Shown here: piece after piece, positions 21,637-35,149 of the stretch
Layout: each line of letters opens with the position of its first letter
Numbering within the stretch: position 1 is the stretch's first letter
NCBI RefSeq assembly: GCF_001194135.2
Contig: NC_069001.1
Location: 39,483,945 to 39,547,944, forward strand
DNA length: 64,000 nucleotides
Origin: Octopus bimaculoides
Taxonomy: Eukaryota
Direction of reading: 5' to 3'
The notes under the pieces: model-generated
What the model was told of the DNA's origin: nothing
Database searches by the model: none
Seen by the model: the letters and a program-made list of their open reading frames with translations, nothing else
Made by a program: the position numbers and the translations under genes

Positions 21637-24600
21637 ACGGACAAAGTGACGGACTAACATTTTTTAGAGAAAGTTATGTCACCGAAACTGTCTCTATTAA
21701 CGTGAAAATTGCTTTATCGACCGTGGTCTGACGACGAGGATTGAACCATCCTTATTGTGGATGAAACCTTTCTTGATAATACCACGATAGAAGCCAAAAT
21801 AAGATGATGGATGTACTAATCTAAACAACGAAATCTTCCCGATATACGTTATTATAAAGGTAAGGCACGTTCTTGCATTTCTCAGAGCTAAACCTCGGTG
21901 GCACGCGCCGGAGCAGTTTTCATTGATAGTTCCCCTTCCAATAGTTTTTACTTCAATTCCACACAGAGCCGATCTCGACGGTTCTCACTAAATCACTTCA
22001 TATGACAGCAACCGTGAAAGTAACAAACAGTTGTTGCAGTCCGATATACTGGTCATGATTTGGTACTCCTGCCTTATTCTACAGACTAGCACTGCGGTCC
22101 TTGGAGACAGTCACGTTGCCAGAAGAGGAGTTTCATAGCAGTTACATCACAGTTTTAGTCAAGTTTCCCCAAGTCAAACAGCTTTCGTTTCGTTGCGTGA
22201 ACTAAACGAAATTCAACGAGTCACATGAACATGGAACGATGAAGGGATGCGTAAATTAAAGCCAAAAACCATTTTACAACTTATTCACCATAGAGTTACA
22301 CACCTACAACCTCCTTTACATCAATATAATATCTGTTTGGAACAGAACTCCTCAGCTAGTCCCAATATAAGGTATGTGCTTAACTAAACAACCACCAAAA
22401 ACAGTAACTCATTGCTGCAACTTCTATAAAGAATAACGTCCATTCTCACCTTTAACATAACAAAATTATCCACTCGAAGCGTGTAGCATACAAAATGAAT
22501 TTCTATTCATAAACATCTGTAATACGTTGCTGAAATCAATATTGAAACCTGTTATATATTGCTTAATAATTTAAATCTTAATTCACAATCATCCTACTAA
22601 CATAAACTGTTGCAATTTATATTATTTTTAATTACTTCCAAACCATGTTTTATATAAATCTAAATACCCCCCCCCCCATACACCGGACAATAAATGCGTA
22701 AAAGCTGGGTGGTTTTTTATGGCAAAGTTGTTGAGCTGAATAAGCTTGTATGCTGTGAGTAGTGGAGGAAGCTCAGGTTTAAGGGATTGCCGCTTAATCT
22801 GAGAGAAAAAGGTAAGACAGTATATCATGAGATTAGGGATCTGAAGTTTAGGGAAGAGCTGTCCTCTTTCTCTGACAAAGAGAGATTTTCCTTTTTTTTT
22901 TTAATTCAGTATCCAATATACTTTTCCATATTACAAAAATACCGAACCCCATGAACATTTTTATATAATCATTGCCGACGCAGACCACCTCCAGTTTACT
23001 CAATTTCTCTATTCTTTTTTAGAGATAAAATAGCAATTTTAGTGGTGGATGTGCTTTTAGCTAAATTGACATTTTATTTATGAGGCTTCGCGTGAATTGT
23101 CTGTATTTCACAGCAAGTGACTTATTACAAGTTATAGACTTACAATTACATTATTTTATATAAAATAGTTGATATATATATATGAGCAATTATATAGTGA
23201 CAAGGCTATAGTATTAGATCTACATGTGTATATATGTATATATTTATATATATGAGACTAGGTGTATAGTAATACAATTATATTGCTGTATATAAAAGAC
23301 AGTGATGTAAATTTAGTAGTTATCAACGCTATCTATTAAGATATTGTCTTCCCTCGCTTTGTAATAACAGTGAGATATGTTCAAACTTGTCCGTATCTTG
23401 TGACCAGCTAAGCCGAGTGAATTTGTTTGTATGCAGCCGACAATAGGGTGTCTTATAAAAACAATAACTGAAGTTAGGCGAAGGGGAAGCCCCATGATAT
23501 TCTCCTATGGAAACTCCATATCACACGCAACAATAATAGATTACAAATAGTTTTCTTGTTATTTCCTACGAACAGAAAAGATATCTCTTTCGATCTTATG
23601 GTAGAATAATTCCACGGTATGGAGTTTGTGGTTGTAGGTTTAGAATTATGCAGAATTCAACAGGGAATGTAACAAATAATTTAAGATATTTGCTAACAAT
23701 GAGAAATCCTTAATGAGTTTGTAAAAAAACGTGCAATGCGATCTCGTAAAAATGTGTAAACATGTGCTTCATTTAGCGAACGCTTGTTTAATCAGAAAAA
23801 TGTTTAATTTGAAAAATGCCTGTTTAATCAGAGACAAGTATCTGTTTTCGGGTTATAATTGTTGACTGATTGGTGGCCGTTAAATTAGAATCCTGCCTGT
23901 TTTTGTTCGAACATTATGGAGAGGGGTGGCCAAATGCAGGTATGTGAAAAAGTTCTTTATAAGGATATCAAAAGTAATGAATTCTATACAATTTGTCTTT
24001 TATTTCCGACATCCACTCAAATATTGGCCTCTTCACATTTTGTTGGTAGAATAATTCAATAATAATTACACAGAACGGTAGTTTATAAATATAAGTTAAC
24101 ATAGAGCCATATTCAGACATAGAAAGTTCAAATTTAAAATTACAAATTCTCAGTCAAGTCAAAGTTTATATAAAATGTTTTCAACTGTAAAACCTATATT
24201 TTACTTAAACCATGCAGAGTCAACTGAACAATGTTGCAGAAAGTGTTATAGAAAATATACAGATATATGTTTGCACTTGTAAAGCTAAAATGCCAACAGA
24301 TAATTGATAGCAGTAAATATCGGTGTAAATAACGAACGTGTTTCTAAACTAGTAGAAATAAGCATCACCAAAAACTTCTTAATTTTCTTTAATCTGTGTT
24401 CTTTAATCTGTCTTCTAATTTTCTTTAATCTGTGTTTTAGGTTCAGATAACGAAGATAGTCTTCACTATATTTAAATAATAAACGTTGATTGTTAACTGT
24501 TGCTGTTTTTTTTTTTAGCTCTAGGTCGCTAATAACTGAGTAGATTCATGATCAACAGCGTTCCAAGCATGACTTCCATTCTTTTGTGAGAATCCTGGAG

Positions 24601-24949
24601 TAAATGCTCTCCAGTGTGTTGTTACTTTTTGAGAGTATAGTATTCGATTTGAGGAATGTTTGGCTACTATTTCAATCAGATCGAGGGTTCCGTTCTTTAG
24701 TATGTATTGTCGTTGTTGTTACCGTTGTTTGGTTGTAGGTCACCGCTGATCCAGTAAACAGGATCAAAGACACTTCAGCCGTGACCCCCCCCGTCTCCTT
24801 TTTCTATTGTAAAGAGAATACAAACTCACATTACCCAATTACCCAACATGCTGTTTTGTGAGTCACTGAGGTGTGCTTGGAGGGAAATATGGCTGCTATT
24901 TCTAGCAGGTTAAATTATCATGTAGTGATAATTTTCTGAGGCATTGTCC

Positions 24950-25100
24950 GACGCTCTAATCATCCTGCCAGTGTGTTCAAATCCTACTAACATCAACTTT
25001 ATTTTCATTCCCCCAGGGATCGATAAAATAAAGAACGAATCGAGCTGTGGGATTTATCTAATCCACTCTACTTCCTTTCCCTCCCCTGAAATGAATAGAT
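24950..25100 (+). mobile_element. Degenerate SINE family A
   Basis: gttcaaatcc...caactttattttcattcccccagggatcgataaaataa. Confidence 0.55.
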
Positions 25101-26849
25101 TTGCGTTTATATAAGAATTTAATAAGGAATGAAGGAATAGTGTGTGTGTGTGTGTGTGTGTGTGTGTTGCTCCGTAGTAGGAGTCCAAGACAGCAATTAT
25201 TTCCGATGAAAATGTGTTTGTTTTATGAACTGAAATAGCTTCGAATGGTTGTTAGACGACAAATATTGAGGAATGATGGATTAAATATCTCCCAGTATTT
25301 ATTATCGTATTTCTGCGTTCAGAGTTTCAAATGAACGCCTGATTGATGGTGTGGACTTTCATCCTTCGATGGAATATAATATAATTACACATAATTGATA
25401 CTAACCTAAGATCTGTTCCATTACTGCTGTCTTTACTTTCCTACCAACGTTGACTTTACTCTCGAGTCCGTAACCTACAAACTTCAATCTTTTTTTTTCT
25501 TCTCTCCTCCTTTCTAGTTTGATTTACATCTTGCTATTTCACATTATGTGTAAATTACAGAGTGAATGTTACAAGCTTTAGACATAATAGGCATACTTGC
25601 CAATACTTAGTATAAACTGTACATTTTTATGACTAAGCCCTGTTTTAGTGAGTCTCAGATAATAATCGATCAAACTGCTTAGAACATAGTCAATAGTAAC
25701 ACGTGGCGTTATTATAAAAGCTCTCTGTACTCCAGACAGTGGAAAGTACTTTTACTATGACTTTAAATTATTGCCATTAGACAGAAATAGATTCAGGTTA
25801 CGTCTACAGTTGATTTTACGCCACAGAATACGTTGAATCACAGATGGTCGAGAAGATATAATACAGAAAATGTACGTTTCTCTCTAAATATATAAATAAG
25901 CTCTGAGTGCAGTTCTTTTATTGCAGAAAACGGTGTAAAATAATGAAGTTGATTATATGATTCCTGATCCTTGGTCATTTATTAATATTCGCTTCAAGTT
26001 TTGGCACAAGGCCAGTAATTTTAGACGTGCGATAAGTCGATTACATCAAACTTAGTGTTCAACTAGAACTTATTTTATCGATTCGAAAGTTGGGATATCG
26101 TTGTTCTTGTACACTTAATCTTTCTCCTGGTTTGACACCGCTTTCAGGCTTCTGAATGCCCTTAGCGGAATCCAGTCTGTTGTTTGTATTAGATTTAGGT
26201 TTCCAGTCTGACGCTAACTTCCTTCTTCCTGCAACAGAATCCCTTAAAACTGCAATAGCTGCTACTCTTCCTCCTCGTCTCAGTAAACCATAAAAAGTCA
26301 CGTGTCCATTTATAAGCTGGATGAATAAACGCTGGCCTCTACAACGTCTTACTACTTCCCTGGTTTCTTCTGTAACATTTACTACTACTAGTAGTAGTAG
26401 TAGTAGTAGTAGTCTAGCTAAGGGGTTCCAAGCATGACAGTCTTGCTTTATTTATCAGTGTATCGCTATACACAAGGATCGAAGAACTTCATAGTCCAAT
26501 GACCTTTCCTTCTTTTTTGTAAAATTCCTGCGATGTGAATTAAGGCAGATTTGACTACTATTTCTAGCAAGTTGAGCAGCCGTGTAGAAGTCCTTTTCCA
26601 AGGTGCCAGCAGATGTTCTAGATATTTATTAAAACATATTTTATGTCGTAGTAAGAAATTTCTTTATCTTGTAATGTAAATCTCGAGATGTCTGTTTCAA
26701 CTCAGTGAAACGTTATCCTCTACCCCAGATGTATATCATTGCACCTATAGTTCTTAAAAACTGAACTTAAATTTATGTAAGACAGTGCAGTTCTTAAAGT
26801 AGAGAGTAAACTAGAAACCTGGTCTAGATGTCTGCCACAAACGGGACTC

Positions 26850-27075
26850 TACTAAAGACACCCAGGGTCCATTTGGCGATGTTAGAGATCGATCCGATCA
26901 CCTCTAAACATAAACTTTTACTCCATCAGGTTTCTGTGTCAGAAACTTCACTCAGAAGACTTTGGTTCATGGAAGGGTAACGTAAAAGATCCTTGCCCAA
27001 GGTGTCAATCTATGGGATTAAAACCCCAAACTATAAAATTGCAAAACAAACGTGTTAACGAGGTGGTCGTGCCTA
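26850..27075 (-). mobile_element. SINE family B-related, diverged
   Basis: aaacttcactcagaagactttggttc...cttgcccaaggtgtc...gggattaaaacccc. Confidence 0.55.
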
Positions 27076-28014
27076 CACTTATCTTAGAGGTGGCTTAATA
27101 GGAAACTGTTATAAAGGTTATTCACCATTATACACTGACATCAAACTACTTAGATATCTTCCAATAATAGACCATTCCTTGTAGCAATGACTACTTCATA
27201 ATTAATTCTTTTTTTTTTCCTTTTCCTGAAACAATTGACAAAATATATTTTACATTACATCTTCAAACAATTCTTAGAATATTCCTTTCTTGTTTTTCCT
27301 GATTGAGTGTTTCAAGATTTCTTTTTATGTTGCTGCACTCGCTGTACAACATTTCTTTTTCTTCTTTCCTGCTTTGTTTTTGATATATGACTAAAGGAAT
27401 CGTTTTCCGCAATATTTTTATCGAATGAGAATTTTGATTTTGTCGAGTGCTTTTCTTCATTGGATTGCATCTCCAAGTTTCTAAGACTTTTATTGCCGGA
27501 GATGGTGGCGAGGGCGAGCAGTTATTTGTTAAGAATATCGGAAATTTAATACGACGAGATTATTGTACAACAAAGTCGCCTGAAACGAAGCTGGATGCAA
27601 GAAAACCGTTGCAACAAAAGTATCGAGTAACATTTTCCCTTCTTTTTGTCGGGGAAATTAAATAACAAATATTTTTTTAACTTTGGGGAAATATCTGCTT
27701 TAGTGTTTGTTTTCATTATAACAAGATATGAATCATCCTAGATGTTGCATAATATCAGGATAAAGGATTATCTGCTGACAGAAAATAGAAACCTTAGCGA
27801 AAGATTTAAGACCCATAACAATTATTCTAGATCCTTCTGAAATAAAATATAAAAGAGCCACCGACCGCAAATCTGTTCCCATATTATATGTCAGCACTGG
27901 ATCCACAAATGTATGGAGTTCGATTCCGCCTCCAATGATCCACTAATCATCAAATACCGTAATTTAAAACTGTGTGAGTAAATGGAACATTGGTTGGGGC
28001 TAAATTCTACCTTT

Positions 28015-28130
28015 AAGGGATTGGTCAACGCGAACCTATGTCAGAAATCACTCGCTTTAGTTGCCATACGGTGAGATCGAACTCGGAACCACATGATTAC
28101 AAAGTGAACTTCATAACTGCACAGCTATGT
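28015..28130 (-). mobile_element. SINE family B head fragment
   Basis: ttggtcaacgcgaacctatg...gtgagatcgaactcggaaccacatgattacaaagtgaacttc. Confidence 0.6.
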
Positions 28131-28132
28131 CT

Positions 28133-28215
28133 CGTACTTTATCGGCCTCTGACGAATGAAATGCAAAGCTGACCCTCGGTGAACTCAAAATGCAAAGGAC
28201 TATAACAAAATATCG
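28133..28215 (-). mobile_element. SINE family A fragment
   Basis: gtactttatcggcc...gaatgaaatgcaaagctgaccctcggtgaactcaaaa. Confidence 0.55.
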
Positions 28216-28527
28216 CAAGAATTTTGTGTGATTCACTTCAGATCCTCCACCGATTTAACTAGACAAGTCCTGACAATAAATACTAGCAATTATTGCTGTA
28301 TTCTCTTTAATTACACTATATTCCCGATACGTACTGAAATTAAGTTAATTTACAAAATTTTCAGTTACATAATTTTTACGCTTTGAGTTTGAGAAATATT
28401 TTCTTGTATTTCTCAAACTTTAGAGAAGTTGTTCCTACGCTAGTGACTTAGTCTGCAGTGTAATTCTAAACGAATAAACACAAACTTCTTTTTTTTTTTA
28501 ATAACAAAATCTATTTTATAGAATGTA

Positions 28528-28674
28528 CAGGGTGGTCCGGAAGTCTTCTCACTCCCTACAGAAAAGTAATAAGAACAATAGAGGATCAATATAATAATAT
28601 CAAACATATTTAACTGGTTTGATATTATTATAGTGTTCCTCGGTAGGGGGTGACAAGGCTTTAGGACCACCCTA
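28528..28674. mobile_element. Short Tc1/mariner-type MITE
   Basis: TA|cagggtggtcc (28528-38) ... ggaccaccct-a|TA (28664-76): 11-bp TIR with one mismatch and TA on both sides. Confidence 0.6.
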
Positions 28675-29984
28675 TAGAATGTTCTTGAATACTGGGTGGG
28701 GGACGCATGGAAATTGACGATTTTGAAATGTTCTTCAGAGATCTTTTTAACATTGTTTCATTATATTAAAGACTTCGATGTCCTTTCATAGTTGAGGTTG
28801 TTTAAAGTGTGACTTCCGAGTACATGTCATGACAAAAATAAAAATAAAATAGATATTATAAAATTAACAGTGGAAAAACGGCCACCACATAACATTTACA
28901 GTCAATATAAACTAAGGAATATTTTCGCCCCCAAAAATATCAAATGTTAAATTTCACCATTTGTTTCTAAATTGACACACAAGATTATCGATTTTCCAAA
29001 ATGTTGACGATGGTAAACACTCGGAAATACAATCCAGGAGAAACAAAATGTTGTTGATTTAAAAAAACCTCTGCTGTCGAAAACGAAACCCGATACTTCT
29101 ATCCACCTCCCGTAGGCGTTTGACCTAGCCTGCAGTATATTCAGCTACTACATGGCATTATTATGGAATGCTTTTTCCGTTGTAATTTTTCGTTTCTGCT
29201 TGCAACCAGACTTTCATCTCAAGAGAGTTTTATGATACCAATTGACACCAACCAGAGATTATTGTATTACATAAACTCGTTAATTATCCATCAACTGATA
29301 AACCTGACCAGATTAATTATTGTTTAACATAGGAAGCTGGTGGTTAATTTTTGCTTGGAAACACCATTTCGTTGAGATAAAATATATCCAATAAATTTAC
29401 AATCTCGATCTCACTCAATCATTCTTTCAACCAAACATGGAAGACATATCTTTCCCAGATGTCTTGATCGATCATCGCCGCACTTATTTTTGATCTGGTC
29501 TTCAAAACGATGTCACATTAACATGAATTCAACTATCTAAGGTTTGGCGGTGCCGCCATAGCATTATATTTTATACTTTTTCTTGAGCCTGTTGATCACG
29601 GTGCCCTACTGATTGCAAACCGTTTTTCAGTTCATTTTTGTAAACCTTTATGAAGTTCTACATTGGTGATGCGGCTCCTCTGAATGATGTGAAGAACCAT
29701 TCGGAGCAGACGGCTGTACATTCAGTCTAGAAGTTTTTCCTATCATACGTCGTAACCATGCGACAAAGGAAAGTCAACTGTTGCGAAAATGAGTTTGGTG
29801 TTAATACTCTTCTTTAAGGGAAACTTCTACAATTTTGGTAATTTATGATTATTTATGGTATCCCCCCACCATTTAATTGCCTTTCGTTCTCTGTCTTTTA
29901 CTGAGCTGGTCATTAACTTAGCTTGAAGGTATTTGGCATTTTCAACAATAAGCATGAGAATGTCGTTAGTAAGTTCGCTTCACA

Positions 29985-30125
29985 ACTACATTGTTTCGAG
30001 TTCAAGCCTATTGAGTAGCACTTTGATCAATTCTAATATAGCTCAGACTTACCAATACATTGCAAATTTGGTAGGTAGAAACTGTGCCGAAGCCCGTTGT
30101 ATATATTGTGAGATTCTGTGTACGC

Positions 30126-30166
<41 letters not shown>

Positions 30167-30182
30167 NNNNNNNNNNGTACGC

Positions 30183-30225
<43 letters not shown>

Positions 30226-30420
30226 CCTTTTGGCGTTTCCTTCGACATCGCTTGACAAACTGTATTAGTTCACGTTCCTGTAAGTTAGCGGTTCGGTAGA
30301 AAGTGTAGCGTAGAATAAACAGCAGAATTAAGATAATTTCAAGGGTCGATTTATTTGACTAAAAGCATCGGAGCCCCAGCGTGGCCGTCATCCAATGATT
30401 GAAACAAAAGAATAAAAGAA
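29985..30420 (+). mobile_element. SINE family B, diverged, with internal (TG)n spanning a 10-N gap
   Basis: gtttcgagttcaagcc...gaaactgtgccgaagcccg...taagttagcggttcggtagaaag...gcgtggccgtcatccaatgattgaaacaaaag. Confidence 0.75.
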
Positions 30421-30599
30421 AAATGATAATTTAACAATAAAATAATTCTTTTGGATGACTTGAAGAGATGTTGAGGTGAAGACCTGGTTTCAATTCCTGC
30501 TGTAGTCTACAAAAACTATTTTCGGGAATCTAACATGAAGAGAGCGACTCAATCGAAAACTTCGATCTATATTTATTGAAATATTGAATCAAATAAATA

Positions 30600-30718
30600 G
30601 ACGCTAGTATTCATTTTAAGCCTGGTGTAGTTCTCTTTTTACCGAACTGTTAAGTTACGGGAACATAGATTAATACTGTTTGTCAAGTGATGTCGAGAGA
30701 GAGACAAAGGCGCATGCA

Positions 30719-30795
<77 letters not shown>

Positions 30796-30932
30796 CGGGC
30801 TTCCACACAGTTTCCACTAATCCCATTCACAATGTATTGGTCAGTTTGAGGCTACATTAGAAGACATTTGATCAAAGTTCCGCGTAGTAGAATTAATAGT
30901 GTGAAGCGAACTTCTTAACCACACAGCCATGA
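30600..30932 (-). mobile_element. SINE family B, diverged
   Basis: ccgaactgttaagttacggg...aacgggcttccacacagtttcc...gaacttcttaaccacacagccatg. Confidence 0.8.
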
Positions 30933-30960
30933 CTATTATTGAAGCATTCAAATATAGTCT

Positions 30961-31000
<40 letters not shown>

Positions 31001-32038
31001 GGCAGCAGACGATGTCATGCGTTTAAAGATATTTAGTGAATTAAAGCTTCCTAGAATAAGACTCTGCTACTGATATTGTTCTTCTGAAATGATGAAAGAC
31101 GAAGTAGACTCAAAATACAGTTCAAAGTAGAATTCAGCATGGAAATGGTGAAGGTTAAATATTCTAATGAAATTTTATTTCCAAACTGTCTCCTGTCTGG
31201 CATGATATGTCCTTGACTTGTGATAATCATTACAGACGCCACCATGTGTCAATGAATCATCGATGATTGGGGTAGTTCAGACGGATTAAAACTGAAATAA
31301 GAGATCAACTGTTGTCTGTGAATTGAATTGAATCGTGAATTCGATGCCACCTCTAGCCGCGCCATTTCTAAAGATTCTGATATCATCTTTTGATAATTCC
31401 ATCAAAATAGATTCGACTGTCAAACGAAACGGACGATAAGTGTGAATTCTCTCACAAAACCAAAATAGAAACGGAAGACAATGATTTCACGTTTTTCTAA
31501 CTCCACAAGAAGGACTTTAGGTCAAATTATAATAATCGATTTTATATTATCTATTTGCTGTGTTTGAAACTAATTTCCATAACTGAGTAAATTTAATTTC
31601 ATTCTAGATTTTAAAAGGATCTTATTGAATTTCAGCACTATTGTTGTTTCGATTTTCAGAACCGTTTGCTTTTTTCCTTGTTTATATAACCTAATATCTT
31701 AATATAACTTAAAATATTAATATATATCTTAAAATATAAGAGTAAATGTACATTCCTTGTTGAAGCCACACGTTTGTAGAAAGATGGCTCACATTTTGCA
31801 CAGTGCCACATTTATTCAAGGAGAAATACAAAGGTTTATGTGATTTTCACTGAAGTTCGTTATTTTTAACCCTTTAAAAATCAAGAACATTCTCTCCTAC
31901 AAATACTGCCACAGTCATTGCAAATGTTTGCTGATTTAGAATAATGACGGTCATTTATAATACAATATGAAAAAAAAAAGTTAGTTATCACAGATAAATG
32001 CAAGGATGAAAGTTTAAATCTTTTCTTCTTGTTGTTAA

Positions 32039-32260
32039 GGTAACGAGCTGGCAGAATCGTCAGCACGCCGGGTGAAATGCTTGGCGGTATTTTCTCTGCC
32101 GCTACGTTCTGAGTTCAAATTCTGCTGGGGTCAACTTTGCTTTTCATCCTTCTGAATCGATAAAGTAAATACCAGTGAAACATCGGGCTCGATGTAATCG
32201 GTTAGTCCCATCCCCTCAAATTTCAGGCGTTGTGCTTATAGTAGAAAGGGTTATTATTAT
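32039..32260 (+). mobile_element. SINE family A; its (TTA)n tail abuts the LINE 3' end
   Basis: acgagctggcagaatcgtcagcacgccgggtgaaatgcttggcgg...gagttcaaattc...gtagaaagggttattattat. Confidence 0.9.
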
Positions 32261-32868
32261 CTTTTTATCACAGGTTTTGCCACAGTACCATGCTATTCGT
32301 TCTTTTCAGCTTTCTAATACTTTCCTGATTATTCTGGCCGTGTCAAGGAGGCAAATATTTTGTAATAGTTCTACTGGGCACTCTATTCCAATTTCCTTTA
32401 TATTCCACTTGATACTTTCTGATACTATTCACAAGAACCCAACAATAATTGGCACTATCTTCACCTTCTTCATTTTCCATAGCCAGGCTATTTCGTACTT
32501 AAGAGGGTTGTATCTATCTATCTTTTCGTCTTCCATCTTGACTATTCGTGGCTCAAAGGGGCATGCAATATCAACTATATAAAGCATAAGTTGTGCTCTA
32601 ATACCTAACGAGTTTGGATTAGGAAATCCCAGAGGATTTTGCTATTGTCTAACTCTGCCACTCTCTGCGGTTTGTGCTCATACCACGGTCTTGCCTCTCT
32701 CTCTAGCCTCCACTTTTTGCACAGTTTCCAATGTAGCCCTTTCACTACCTGATCTTGTCGCCACAACTTGTAGCGGTTTTGTGCAAGTCTAGGGCATTCG
32801 TTTGTGATATGGGCAATGGTTTCATCCACTCTATTGCAGATGCGGCACAGCGGAGAAACTTGCACATT
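32255..32868 (-). mobile_element. 3' end of an R4/Dong-like non-LTR retrotransposon (CCHC knuckle, RLE domain, 3' UTR)
   Basis: CRICNRVDETIAHITNEC...RQDQVVKGLHW...WYEHKP...ILWDFLIQT, then IVDIACPFEPRIVKMEDEKIDRY...IVPIIVG...DTARIIRKVLES* (stop 32306-08). The catalytic RPD segment is deleted and there is an internal stop, so it is inactive. Confidence 0.9.
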
Positions 32869-32889
32869 CCTAAGGTTGACCCTCTAGTT

Positions 32890-33010
32890 CTTCACCTTCC
32901 ATCCTTTTGGGGGTCGATAAAATAAGTACCAACTGAACGCTGGGGTCAATGTAATCGACTTAACTCCTCCCTCGAATATTGCTGGCCTTGTGCCAAAATT
33001 TGAAGCCATT
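32890..33010 (+). mobile_element. SINE family A, 3' half
   Basis: ccatccttttgggggtcgataaaataagtacc...gctggccttgtgccaaaatttgaa. Confidence 0.8.
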
Positions 33011-33039
33011 ATGATTTTTATTAGGGGGACAAAAACCCA

Positions 33040-33210
33040 GAATCGTTTGCTTGCCGGCTTTTCTTCCGACTTTATATTCTGAGTTCAAATTCCGCCAGGA
33101 TTAACTTAAACTTTCATTCTTTCGAGGTTGATACAATCAGTATCAGTCGAGCAATAGGATCGATCTATTCGACCAACCGACTCACCTCAAAAGTACTGCC
33201 CATGTGCCAT
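33040..33210 (+). mobile_element. SINE family A, degenerate
   Basis: cagaatcgtt...ttctgagttcaaattccgccagg...ctttcattctttcgaggttgata. Confidence 0.7.
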
Positions 33211-33849
33211 TATTTTACACAGTTTATATAAAGTTCAAATTTAACCATTTTCAGAATTGTTGTCCCACAACAGTTCTGAGTGAATCAACATTCCCAGACT
33301 GATTAAAGACTGGTAAAATATCCTGAAAGTAATTTCTAAAACCAATTAGGTAAATTCTCAAGATTTTATTTATTTTACATATGAATTTGGCCAAAGTTTG
33401 GCATAAAAGCTTCTACACCAATAATAAGGTACAACAGTTTAAATTGGTAGAATCTGTTATTCTAAAGCTTATACACTCGAGAGGCTTTCCAAGGTACGGC
33501 ATTTGGTTTTTCCAGTATTTCTTTGATCACGTGGAATTATTATAATCGCAGTCAGTCAAATAGGGACCCTCAACCGGAGCGGACGACCTATTAGAAATAG
33601 GATCCATAACGCCCCGCGTTCATAAAAACGGAAAATAAGTTATTAGATATTGCACTTCCCCAAAATACAGGATGGTAAACAGTTGTAATCATAAGCCGGT
33701 TCGATTTGAGTTAAATAAGAACGCCATTTACAATTTCCATGCTGTAGTTAATAACTAAACATGGCTGTACTTGCTTAACAGCAGCAGCTCTTCGATTTGG
33801 AATCAATAGCTGAGAAGTATTTCACAAGGTAATGATAAACACCAGGTAG

Positions 33850-34320
33850 CCTGAGGGAGAGAGGGAGAGAGGGGGTTGGACAAATGTAATAACTGGGAGG
33901 AGAGACAAACAGACACTCTGATATACTAACGGAGATTTAGACATAAATACTGAGAGAGAGAGAGACAGACTAGACAGAGTCAGAAAAAAGAGAGGGCGGG
34001 ACGTGATGACAGACAGAGACAGAGACAGATAGACAAAGTAACAGAAAGGGAGTGAGTGGGGGAGAGAGAGTGTGTGTGTGTGTGTGAAAAACATACTGAA
34101 GAAACCAATCAAAAACAGACTCACAGAGAAAGGCAGACAGAAAAAAAACACGCAGAGAGAGAAAGAGTGAGAGGGAAGAGAGAGAGAGGGGGAAGCGATG
34201 AGAGAGAGAGAGAGGGGAGAGAGAGAGAGAGAGATGACACGAGAGGCGCAGAGACATACAGACAGACGAGCAGGCACAGAGACAGACATACATACACATA
34301 TGTCGAGCAAAGAGATAATG
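33850..34320. repeat. Degenerate (GA)/(GACA)n purine-rich tract
   Basis: Directly visible. Confidence 0.9.
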
Positions 34321-35149
34321 AGAAATAAGGATGAAACAGGTTAATAGAAAAAGATGTATTTTTGATTTTGTTTTTGTCTTTATTCTTGTTTGAAATAAAA
34401 TCGATGGGTAAACCTACTTCTCAAGGATTTTATCAATTCTGTCGTCCAAATACGTCGGTCGGCCATGTTTTTTCACACGTTATTTGCAGTTTTATTAATG
34501 CAGATCAAAGATTTTAGACGCATTTAAATATCACTTTGAAACTTTCTGAAAGTTTATGGAGAAATCAATAATCAGAAAATTTGCTTTGTTATTTTAAGCA
34601 AGCACATTATATATATATCTATATCAAATCACTTCTACTAAACCTACAAATATTAATATATACACACGTAAGTGTCTACACAGAGCCATCATTAGACAGA
34701 CATTCATAGCGTTTACCTGTTCAGTATTTCAGAATTTTTTAATATTTAATGAAATATTTTTAACGATCATCAATTTGTTTCTGTCAACATTGATCGTTCG
34801 TTGAAACAACTACCTGAAATTAACTGATTTCTAATTTCAATTGTTAATTATCTTGTCACCATTTACCTTCCTTCTAACAGTTTAACTCTCCGTTTAACCT
34901 AGACAACTACTAAGTGATCCTCCCTTGAGTCACTCAACACATTTTCCAGTGCATTTTTTCTTTATTTCCTTATTTTATATCTTGCAATTCGTGAATAATA
35001 ATGTTGTTGCACGTTTCTAATGTAAAAAAAACCAGTGATTCGTTACATTTACGATGGTAAGAGTAGTAAAGAGGCATCTGTGAAACTCAGCTATTATAGA
35101 TAACAAAAATGATTTTCATGTGAAAACACCGGTTTATTATTTTTCTGGG

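Noticed and set aside
26059-27665. Short protein-like ORFs (also 37219-37455 and 46728-47030)
   Set aside because: No domain similarity or consistent splice signals.
30120-30222. Direct repeat gtacgcgag(tg)n on both sides of a 10-N gap (similar at 61606-61810)
   Set aside because: Typical unmerged contig overlap, so an assembly artefact.
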